Positions 16,430-23,933 of a stretch of 33,171 bases of DNA are shown piece after piece. Made by a program: the position numbers and the translations under genes. The DNA comes from Minisyncoccota bacterium (GTDB lineage Bacteria; Patescibacteriota; Minisyncoccia; Phycocordibacterales; UBA5272): NCBI GenBank assembly GCA_043740125.1, contig JAYUCW010000039.1:1-33171 (forward strand), written 5' to 3'. Below the pieces are notes generated by a model. The model was not told where the DNA came from. It saw nothing but the letters and a program-made list of their open reading frames with translations, and did no database searches. The stretch's first letter is position 1; every line of letters starts with the position of its first letter.

Positions 16430-16919
16430 TTCCATTTTAAATTTTTTGGAGGTGTATTCTAAAAATTGTCATATTGATGCAATAGATAGTGTGGTTGTGC
16501 TTCTTAAACCTGATTATCCTGAAGATAAAAAAATGTCTTTTTTATCCTATTGTAATGAAAAGTCGTTAAAGATTATATTTAATGATTCTTCTATTTTAAA
16601 TAAAGAAAAAATTTTCGGTATTTATTATGATCTTTTTAGACAAAAAGACGATGATCTGAAGTACGGAATACTATGGAAATTAAAATTAATTGACTATTTA
16701 ACAAGTGGAAAGTCTAATTATTACCTAATTCAAGGTGTTAATGCGCAAGAATTATTAAATAATTATAAAAAAGTGATTAGATTGGAATACGATAAAATCA
16801 CAACACCAAAGGAAGTAATGAGTGAAGATGTTTTTTTTGAAAAAGTTATCAAGAATTTAATCCATGTTACAAATACAGAAGAATTTGTTCCAACTTGTTG
16901 GTTTTTATTTATAAAATAA
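16416..16919 (+). CDS. divergent nucleoside-diphosphate-kinase-like protein
   Basis: VVVLLKPDYP (NDK: FSIIKPNAV), LKIIF...KIFGIY, LIDYLTSGKSNYYLIQG (NDK: LVEFMTSGPIVVSVLEG) and NLIHVTNTEE (NDK: NGTHGSDSVE, His kept). Start set at ATG 16416, overlapping the previous stop by 14 nt. Confidence 0.45.
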   Translation: MKVNNSILNFLEVYSKNCHIDAIDSVVVLLKPDYPEDKKMSFLSYCNEKSLKIIFNDSSILNKEKIFGIYYDLFRQKDDDLKYGILWKLKLIDYLTSGKSNYYLIQGVNAQELLNNYKKVIRLEYDKITTPKEVMSEDVFFEKVIKNLIHVTNTEEFVPTCWFLFIK

Positions 16920-16922
16920 ACT

Positions 16923-18278
16923 ATGGAAAAAAGAGAAAAAATCTCCAAGAGTTTTGAAGATGGTAACGAGGAAGAGTGGGGAAGTATTTTTCGGTTAGGT
17001 GTTTCTCCTGTAAAAGCAAATTTTCGTATTGGTCCACTACGATCCCATCTATATAATTATGTTTATGCTAGTAATGAAAAATTAAAAAATAAAGATTCAA
17101 GGGTTTATTTTCGTGTTGATGATTCAAACCAAGAAAAAGGAGACAGAGAAATGTCTGAAAAACTTTTTTATTTTTTCTCTGAAACTCTCGGGATGGAATT
17201 TGATCAACAAGAAGACAACAGTCAGATGATTTTTCAATCCGAAAGGGTTGATTTATACCGTGAGTATTTAGAAAAATTATTTGATGTTGGTGTGGTTTTC
17301 TTAGATAAAGAATCTGGATTAACTCTTTTTGATATTGAAAAATTTATTGATATATATGGAGAAACAATACAATTTCATGATGTTGTAAGAGGTCAAGTAG
17401 TTTTAAAATTAAAGAAACTTTTAGATAAACAAAAGTTTTTTCCTTTAGTGAGGTCAAATGGTTCAGTGCTCTATCACTTAGCTTCTGTTGCAGACGATCA
17501 TCTTCTCGGTGTTACGCATGTTGTCCGTGGTGCGGATAAGCTATCGGTTGCACAATATCAAGAAATGGTAAGAATTGCACTTGATTTGGAGCCTAAAAAA
17601 TTTATGCACACACCTCTTATGTTGGATGATGAAGGTGGTTTATTAAAAGGCGATGTTTTATATGACTCTTTTATTAAAAAAGGTATTTTGCCTCAAGCGA
17701 TGTTGTCTTATATGATTTCATCAGGTTATGGTGACCCAGATATGATCTATGATTCAATAGAGGCTATTGTGGAAGATTTTGATTACAAAAAAGTAAGACA
17801 AAATAATGGTAAATTTGATTTTAAAAAACTAGTTAGTGTAAATAGAAAAATTTTGTCTAGTGTTAGTGATGAAGATTATTCTATTTCATTAAGACTATAT
17901 TCCGCAAAAATAAATAGAGAAGATATGCATTATGACCTTAATAATGAGATAGAGTTGGCACCTCTTTTTTCAAAACTAAAAATACCATTTGAAAAAACTG
18001 AAGTGTTTTATGATACTTTAGACAGGCCAGATTATTCTGGTATTAAAACCCTTGATATAGAAACTAGGAATGAACTTGATTTGCTTATTGAGGAATTTAA
18101 GCTTGATAGTTTTGATTATAAAGATTATTTTTATTCTTCAAATAAGAATAAGATAAGAGCCTTAAAATTTTTCCTTATTGGTGATTTACAGGTTTCTGGT
18201 GGTTTAGTTGAGATAACAGAATATTTGATTTCTAAAAATTTGATTTCTAAAAGATTAGAAATGTTAAGTGGTTTGTAG
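16923..18278 (+). CDS. glutamyl-tRNA-synthetase-like class I paralogue lacking HIGH and KMSKS signatures
   Basis: [26 protein letters not shown] versus [36 protein letters not shown] versus [36 protein letters not shown] versus [32 protein letters not shown] sits where KLSKR should be. Confidence 0.75.
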   Translation: [451 protein letters not shown]

Positions 18279-18333
18279 TCTGTGAATTTATATTGTCTTA
18301 TTTTGTTTTTTTGTTAATGTAGTATCTAAGAGT

Positions 18334-18519
18334 GTGGGGTAAAATTATTTATTCACCCAATTCTTCAGGTTTGGAATGTATGGAATCACCTCAGACTTCA
18401 TCAGTTCAGTTCTAACCCTTCACAGGGCTGCGATTTTAACAAGTCGGGAGCCCTAAGACTGCATTTTCAATAACCTGATTATAGGTTAAGAAAACGGGAG
18501 CATTGTCTGTTAGGGTTAC
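18334..18519 (-). pseudogene. decayed 3' gene remnant, copy 1 of 3
   Basis: Minus strand encodes VTLTDNAPVFLTYNQVIENAVLGLPTC*, then after a roughly 30-nt insertion and a stop, RVRTELMKSEVIPYIPNLKNWVNK*. Homologous to 19981-20151 and 26958-27074. Confidence 0.6.
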
Positions 18520-18593
18520 ATTGAAAAAAACTCTCAGAAATAAAAGATTTTTTCTTACCCTGTTTTGCCGTTTGAACTGATATACTATTTGAT

Positions 18594-19331
18594 ATGAAAA
18601 AAGTCTTATTCTTCGATATGTACCAGACACTTATCGATACACAAATAGGTGACAAAAAGGAAATTGTAGAAAATGCCTATAAACAAGTTTTTTCTCATTT
18701 CTTGATTGAGAAAGGTATTGAGGTAGATCAAGCTAATAATTTCCAGTCAAATTACAAAAAACTTCAAGATGAATTTTACACAAGCCACGACAAAGAAAAA
18801 GAACATCATGACTTTAAAGTAATACTTAAAAAAACTTTTTCAGACTATTATCAAATTGATATTGATGAGAAAGTTTTGGTAGAACTTATCTGGCAGTATA
18901 GAAAATTAACAAGAGGCGATACTAAACTATATCCTGACGTTAAAGATACTTTAGAGTTGCTCTCCCATGAGTATTCTCTGTATCTTGCTAGTTATACGCA
19001 AGCTTGCTATTCATTATTAGAAATAGAAGAGCTTGGAATTAAGGATTACTTTAAAGGGTTTATTTTTTCTTCTGATATTGGTTATAAAAAAATGAGTGAC
19101 GGATTTTATTTAAAGTGTATAGAAGTTTCAGGGGTGTCTCCAGAAGATTGTGTTATGGTTGGTGATAATAAACTTGAAGATATGTATATGGCAAATAAAA
19201 ATAAAATGTTGACTGTATGGATTAAAAATCCTATTACAGTTAATAATGTGTCTAACGAGCCAATTGCACCCACGAAAGAGTTGGACCTAAAAGATTTTAG
19301 TAAATTGGGTGAGTTACTCTCAACAATCTAA
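18594..19331 (+). CDS. HAD-superfamily hydrolase (subfamily IA-like, D-x-Y type motif I)
   Basis: Motif I FFDMYQTLID, motif II region LASYT, motif IV VMVGDNKLEDM. Confidence 0.7.
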   Translation: MKKVLFFDMYQTLIDTQIGDKKEIVENAYKQVFSHFLIEKGIEVDQANNFQSNYKKLQDEFYTSHDKEKEHHDFKVILKKTFSDYYQIDIDEKVLVELIWQYRKLTRGDTKLYPDVKDTLELLSHEYSLYLASYTQACYSLLEIEELGIKDYFKGFIFSSDIGYKKMSDGFYLKCIEVSGVSPEDCVMVGDNKLEDMYMANKNKMLTVWIKNPITVNNVSNEPIAPTKELDLKDFSKLGELLSTI

Positions 19332-19335
19332 CTAT

Positions 19336-19983
19336 ATGGAAAATTTCTTAAAAAGCAATAATCAAGAAGAGATAAAGCCTCCTAAGACTGAAAGAGATTC
19401 TCAGTTAAACCCTTCAATTGGAATTGAAGAGGCAGTAAAACTACAATCTGTTCTAGATAGGTATACAGATAAGAGAGTTCTTGTCGTCGGTCCTCCGGCT
19501 TCAGGTAAAAGCACCTTGCTTCAACATGTACCAAGTGGAGTTGATATGGATAATGCTCTTTTTGACACAATGCCAAAAAGAGAAAAAGATTTTGCACTTC
19601 AACGAGAGAAACCTTACATGCTTACAGACCCAACCTCTAAAGGTTATCAAAAAACAATTAAGTATGTGCAAAGAGAATTTAATCCAAATGATGAGCAGAA
19701 TGTTACTGATTTTCATTTGTCAGCAGACTTTCTGACCACGTATATAAATGCTCATACAAAAATTGAGGCAGGTAAACCATTCTTTGCAACGAACGTGATT
19801 GATTCTGATGTTATTGTTTATCTGAAACTATCTGATGAAGAATATAAAAAAAGATTAGAATTAAGAAATAAGACAAATAGACCGCAACAAGTAGAGAAAG
19901 CTTTTGCTATAAAAGGTGATATTGAAAAGCATATAGCTATTGCAAGAAATAATGGAGTGATAGTAGAAGAGCTTGAGATGTAG
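19336..19983 (+). CDS. P-loop NTPase, small nucleotide/nucleoside-kinase-like protein
   Basis: Walker A VVGPPASGKSTLL. Its size and the helical lid-like region suggest an AAA_33/adenylate-kinase-like fold. Start set at ATG 19336, just after the HAD stop. Confidence 0.55.
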   Translation: MENFLKSNNQEEIKPPKTERDSQLNPSIGIEEAVKLQSVLDRYTDKRVLVVGPPASGKSTLLQHVPSGVDMDNALFDTMPKREKDFALQREKPYMLTDPTSKGYQKTIKYVQREFNPNDEQNVTDFHLSADFLTTYINAHTKIEAGKPFFATNVIDSDVIVYLKLSDEEYKKRLELRNKTNRPQQVEKAFAIKGDIEKHIAIARNNGVIVEELEM

Positions 19984-20151
19984 TGTCACCCACTGTGGGG
20001 TAAACTAAACTTTCTCAGCCCATGCTCTCAAATTCGGCATATAAGGAATTACTTCACTCTTCATCAATTCAGTTCTAACCCTAGACAGGACTGCATTTTC
20101 AAAAACATGATTACATGTCAAGAAAAGGGAGCCTTGTCTATTAGGGTGCAC
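19981..20151 (-). pseudogene. decayed 3' gene remnant, copy 2 of 3
   Basis: Minus strand encodes CTLIDKAP, then a 1-nt deletion, then ...FLTCNHVFENAVLSRVRTELMKSEVIPYMPNLRAWAEKV*. Shares both end points with copies 1 and 3. Confidence 0.6.
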
Positions 20152-20156
20152 AAATT

Positions 20157-20183
20157 TAAAAATCTGACTAAAGTCAGTTTTTA
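20157..20183 (+). terminator. rho-independent terminator closing block 1
   Basis: AAAAATCTGAC-TAA-AGTCAGTTTTT. Confidence 0.55.
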
Positions 20184-20200
20184 AATGCTACACTATATCC

Positions 20201-20800
20201 ATGAAACTCATTTCAAAATATTTTCCACATTTACTTTTACTTGCGTACATTATTGAATTTATTGTTCTCGCTATTAAACCATACGATCGTGCTGTATGGT
20301 TCACAGAGAACTTCACTATCATTCCGATAGTTGCGATTCTTATTATTTTATATGTTTGTAAAGTGAGATTTTCTAATCTTGCATATGCGCTCATGAGTGT
20401 TCTTGTCTTCATGCATACCTATGGGGGACACTATACCTTTGCTCTCGCACCTTTTGATTGGTTCAATCACATGTTCGGCTTCCAAAGAAATATGTATGAT
20501 AGAGTTGCACACATGACGGTCGGATTTTATGCATACGCAATGATCGAAGCGCTTATTAGATATAAAGTGGTCAACCAAAAGTGGTTCGCATACTTCGCAT
20601 CGTTTATGATTATCCCAGCTATTGCAGCTTTTTATGAAATCTTCGAATGGCGATACGCTGTTAGCTCTGACCCAGCTGCAGGCTTAGCAGTTCTTGGTTC
20701 ACAAGGGGATATTTGGGATGCACAGAAGGATATGCTTATGGATACAATAGGGGGAGTAATAGGTACGGTGATGTACTTCATTTTTCGCCGAGAAAAATGA
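20201..20800 (+). CDS. YjdF-like (DUF2238) inner membrane protein
   Basis: WFTENF..., HTYGGHYTFALAPF and QRNMYDRVAHMTVGFYAYAMIE match the DUF2238 pattern from memory. Confidence 0.6.
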   Translation: MKLISKYFPHLLLLAYIIEFIVLAIKPYDRAVWFTENFTIIPIVAILIILYVCKVRFSNLAYALMSVLVFMHTYGGHYTFALAPFDWFNHMFGFQRNMYDRVAHMTVGFYAYAMIEALIRYKVVNQKWFAYFASFMIIPAIAAFYEIFEWRYAVSSDPAAGLAVLGSQGDIWDAQKDMLMDTIGGVIGTVMYFIFRREK

Positions 20801-20858
20801 TATCGAAATGATCACATTTCGATATAGACTTTATAAGCAAAGTAACGTATACATCTGT

Positions 20859-21542
20859 TTAAAGAAATTCTTCCGGAGCATCTGTTGCGAAAAAATACTT
20901 TTCACCACCAATCTCAAACATGAGTGTCTTAGCATGAAGCATAATACGAGGGGAGTCATGAGTGCTTCCATATGCTTTATCACCAATGATTGGATGTCCG
21001 ATATGAGACGTATGTGCACGGAGTTGATGAGTGCGACCAGTCTTTGGGGTGAGCTCTACCAGTGTGGTATTTTCTTTTTCATTTCGTGTGATAACTTTTA
21101 CCTCTGTGACTGCAGCACGTAATTCTCCTCGAGGGTTCGTAGGATTAACCTGTTGCTTATAGTCTTTTTTATTGCGGCCTAGTGGAGCGTCTATCGTGAA
21201 CTCGGTCTCGGTAATAATTCCTTCAACTAGAGCAAGGTACGTTTTCTTTGTGACGTGATTTCTGAATTGTGATTTTAGTTCATCAAACGTTTCTTTATTT
21301 TTTGAGATCACCATCACGCCAGAAGTATCACGGTCTAATTTGTGAACAATACCTCCAAGATTTATTGTTCGTTTATCTTGTAGGGTTACAGGGTTATCAA
21401 TACCAAAAATATCTGGTACATGTGTCATCAAAAAATCAATAAGTGTTTCTTCAGTGGAATAGTCAAAAGGATGGACCACGAGTCCAGAGGGTTTATTGAT
21501 AACCAAGATATTTGTATCCTCGAATATGACAGAGATAATCAT
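20859..21542 (-). CDS. RluA-family pseudouridine synthase (no S4 domain)
   Basis: VINKPSGLVVHP, HKLDRDTSGVMV (catalytic Asp motif) and GRTHQLRAH. Start trimmed to ATG 21542 because the longer ORF (to 21821) runs through tRNA-Leu(TAG). Confidence 0.85.
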   Translation of the reverse strand: MIISVIFEDTNILVINKPSGLVVHPFDYSTEETLIDFLMTHVPDIFGIDNPVTLQDKRTINLGGIVHKLDRDTSGVMVISKNKETFDELKSQFRNHVTKKTYLALVEGIITETEFTIDAPLGRNKKDYKQQVNPTNPRGELRAAVTEVKVITRNEKENTTLVELTPKTGRTHQLRAHTSHIGHPIIGDKAYGSTHDSPRIMLHAKTLMFEIGGEKYFFATDAPEEFL

Positions 21543-21591
21543 AAGTAGCACTCTACCATATTTTAGTGTATAATCTCTAGACAAATAAGAA

Positions 21592-21676
21592 GCCCAGGTG
21601 GTGAAATTGGTAGACACATCAGTCTTAGGAACTGATGCCGCAAGGCGTGAAGGTTCAAGTCCTTTCCTGGGCACCA
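21592..21676 (+). tRNA. tRNA-Leu (anticodon TAG), CCA encoded
   Basis: Acceptor GCCCAGG/CCTGGGC. Anticodon stem TCAGT/ACTGA with loop CTTAGGA. Long variable arm. T-arm GAAGG-TTCAAGT-CCTTT(C). TATAAT lies about 18 nt upstream. Confidence 0.9.
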
Positions 21677-21748
21677 CGAAAAAATTCCTTAGAAATAAGG
21701 GATTTTTTCTTACACTGTATTTTACGTTGGAACTGATATACTTTAACC

Positions 21749-22189
21749 ATGTTTCGTAAAGGAGTCTCTGCCTTAATAATAAACAAGAATCAAGAGTTTT
21801 TGCTTGTAAACTTACAGTCATTTAAAGTTCATTTTTTCGCTGTCCCTGGAGGTGGTTTAGAAGATGATGAATCACTTGAAGAAGCTGTATACCGTGAAGT
21901 ACAAGAAGAGGTTGGGATACATAAAGAATCCCTTAAATGTATTGGAGCAAGTAAACAACCTGTACAGTTTAAGTTAAATCTTAATCGTGATGGGAAAGCA
22001 TATGAAGGTTCAGAGAGATATTTTTTTGGCTTTAGATTTATAGGAAATGATGATGAAATAAAATTACAAGAGTCCGAAGTACGTTCATATAAATGGGTGT
22101 CATTCAATGATTTAAAAGGCTATCTCCTTTTTGATAATCAGCTAGAAGAAACATCAGAGAAAATTATAGAACTATTTCCCTTTTTGTAA
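21749..22189 (+). CDS. NUDIX hydrolase
   Basis: Nudix box GGGLEDDESLEEAVYREVQEEVGI. Confidence 0.85.
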   Translation: MFRKGVSALIINKNQEFLLVNLQSFKVHFFAVPGGGLEDDESLEEAVYREVQEEVGIHKESLKCIGASKQPVQFKLNLNRDGKAYEGSERYFFGFRFIGNDDEIKLQESEVRSYKWVSFNDLKGYLLFDNQLEETSEKIIELFPFL

Positions 22190-22234
22190 ACAGAAGTAAG
22201 TAACCAGTTATTGATTAATCTGATTACAAGAGTT

Positions 22235-22262
22235 TTGAAATCTATCTTTTTCTTGTTAGAAT
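22235..22262 (+). promoter_or_regulatory. candidate promoter of the six-gene sub-operon (TTGAAA - 16 nt - TGtTAGAAT extended -10)
   Basis: TTGAAA at 22235-22240 and TAGAAT at 22257-22262 preceded by TGT. ATG at 22269. Confidence 0.4.
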
Positions 22263-22268
22263 GGCACT

Positions 22269-22955
22269 ATGAAAGAAACTCCTGAAAGTAGACAAATATC
22301 AAAAGTTGATTCTGATATCAATAGTGTTGAGAATAATTTTTCTAAAATAAAAAATTCGACTCATTGTCCATTTGCAGATAAGTCAAATATACAATATTTT
22401 GAATCATGGAATAGATATAAAACTTTTGATGAAAATTTAGTAGCATTAGCAGAAGAACTAGTAGTATTTACTCATAAATGTGAAGAAGAAAAGATGGATG
22501 GTTTTATCTTTGAAGTTTCTGGCGACAATTTACCTATGAATTTGCAGGATTTGTCATCTTTGTTAAAACATGTACTTTTAAAATTAAATGAGCTAGACCC
22601 AAAAAAAGATGACTGTATGTCTAAAGATATTTCTGCGCCTGGTTGGCAGTTCGTATTTAATGGACAAAGAATTTTTATGATTACATTCGGATCTTTTTAT
22701 AGTGAAGATAGTCCAAGATACTCTATGAATAAAGATTCAACTTTTATTTTCATGCAACCCGAATCATCTTTCCATTTACATATCATAAATCCAGCAAAAT
22801 CACCCCAGACACTAAAATTAAAAGAAAAAATCAGAAGTGCTTTCGTAGAAGGAGGGAAACCTTATAATACTGAAATTGTCGATAGTCCATCTGACGCTAT
22901 TAAATACATTAAACCGCTTCATAAAAATGACTCACATATAGAGTGGTGGAAATAA
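22269..22955 (+). CDS. YqcI/YcgG-family protein (family of heme-dependent N-oxygenases such as GntA)
   Basis: STHCPFA near the N-terminus and GWQFVFNGQRIFMITFGSFYSEDSPRYSMNKDSTFIFMQPESSF match the YcgG C-terminal pattern W-x-F-x-F-x-G ... F-Q-P as I recall it. Confidence 0.55.
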   Translation: MKETPESRQISKVDSDINSVENNFSKIKNSTHCPFADKSNIQYFESWNRYKTFDENLVALAEELVVFTHKCEEEKMDGFIFEVSGDNLPMNLQDLSSLLKHVLLKLNELDPKKDDCMSKDISAPGWQFVFNGQRIFMITFGSFYSEDSPRYSMNKDSTFIFMQPESSFHLHIINPAKSPQTLKLKEKIRSAFVEGGKPYNTEIVDSPSDAIKYIKPLHKNDSHIEWWK

Positions 22956-22960
22956 ATTAT

Positions 22961-23920
22961 ATGCAAAATAACAAGATAGGAATAATAACAACTTCTGCTC
23001 CGATTAAAAAACTTGATATAGATATGGTGAGGTCAGGGTATACCTACCTATTAAAAAATGGTTTTGAAGTTTTTGAACACCCAAGCTGTCAATTGGAAAA
23101 TGGATATATGGCAGGGAATGTTGACGATAGAGTAGAAGCAATTCATGATTTGGTTAAAGATAAGACAGTTGATATTATAATGGCTTTTTGGGGCGGAGAC
23201 AATACGAATCAGCTTCTAGATAAGTTAGACTATGACTTAATAAAAAATAATCCAAAAATATTTATTGGCTACTCGGACACAAGTAGTTTATTAAATGCAA
23301 TTCATGTAAAAACTGGCCTAGTTACATACCTTGGGCCTGCCGTTATTACTTTTTGTAAACCTAACATTTTCCCGGAGAGTATTTTCTATTTTAAAAAAGT
23401 TGTGAGCGAACGAGGTCTAAAACAAACATTGGTACAACCAACACTTTACGCTAAAGACGCATACTACAAAAGAAGCGATAATCAAAGAATTATAGAGAGT
23501 AACGATGGTTGGAAGGTATTGAGACATGGAGTTGTTTCTGATAAAAAAATAGTTGCAATATGTTTGTCGATGTTACAATCATTACTCTCTACACCGTATG
23601 AACCAGATCTTAAAGGAAAAGTTCTTTTTTGTGAAATAGATGAATCCATAAAAATAGAAGCATTCGATAGGATGGTTGTACAGCTTAAACAAACGGGTAT
23701 TTTGGATACTATTGCTGCTTTTGTATTTAGTAAGGCGACAGATGAATCAAATATTAATGAAATAGATATAGTAAAAGTTTTGGAAGAGAACATAAAGAAT
23801 GATATTCCAATTATTTATAATTTTGACTGTGGTCACACGGATCCTGTTATCACTATTCCAGTCGGTGGTTATTGTGATATTAATACGAAGGACGGTGTTT
23901 CTATTTCTGTGAGTTATTAA
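22961..23920 (+). CDS. S66-family serine peptidase (LD-carboxypeptidase / MccF-like)
   Basis: IGIITTSAPI, FWGGDNTNQLL, FIGYSDTSSLL (nucleophile Ser), CEIDE and DCGHTDPVITIPVG (His) follow the LdcA/MccF layout. Confidence 0.75.
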   Translation: MQNNKIGIITTSAPIKKLDIDMVRSGYTYLLKNGFEVFEHPSCQLENGYMAGNVDDRVEAIHDLVKDKTVDIIMAFWGGDNTNQLLDKLDYDLIKNNPKIFIGYSDTSSLLNAIHVKTGLVTYLGPAVITFCKPNIFPESIFYFKKVVSERGLKQTLVQPTLYAKDAYYKRSDNQRIIESNDGWKVLRHGVVSDKKIVAICLSMLQSLLSTPYEPDLKGKVLFCEIDESIKIEAFDRMVVQLKQTGILDTIAAFVFSKATDESNINEIDIVKVLEENIKNDIPIIYNFDCGHTDPVITIPVGGYCDINTKDGVSISVSY

Positions 23921-23933
23921 CCTTATTGTAGGT

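Noticed and set aside
18334-20183. T-box riboswitch reading of the repeat: TTAGGGTGCAC followed by a terminator hairpin upstream of plus-strand genes, in a locus with aaRS-like genes
   Set aside because: The conserved T-box 14-mer (AGGGTGGNACCGCG with the UGGN bulge) is not present, and I could not see a specifier-loop or stem I architecture. Copy 3 has no downstream plus-strand gene. The left half shows a clear codon-position substitution pattern on the opposite strand.
20859-21821. 320-aa minus-strand ORF from the track
   Set aside because: Its N-terminal 93 codons run antisense through tRNA-Leu(TAG) and its promoter. RluA homology starts at the internal Met (21542), so the CDS was trimmed.
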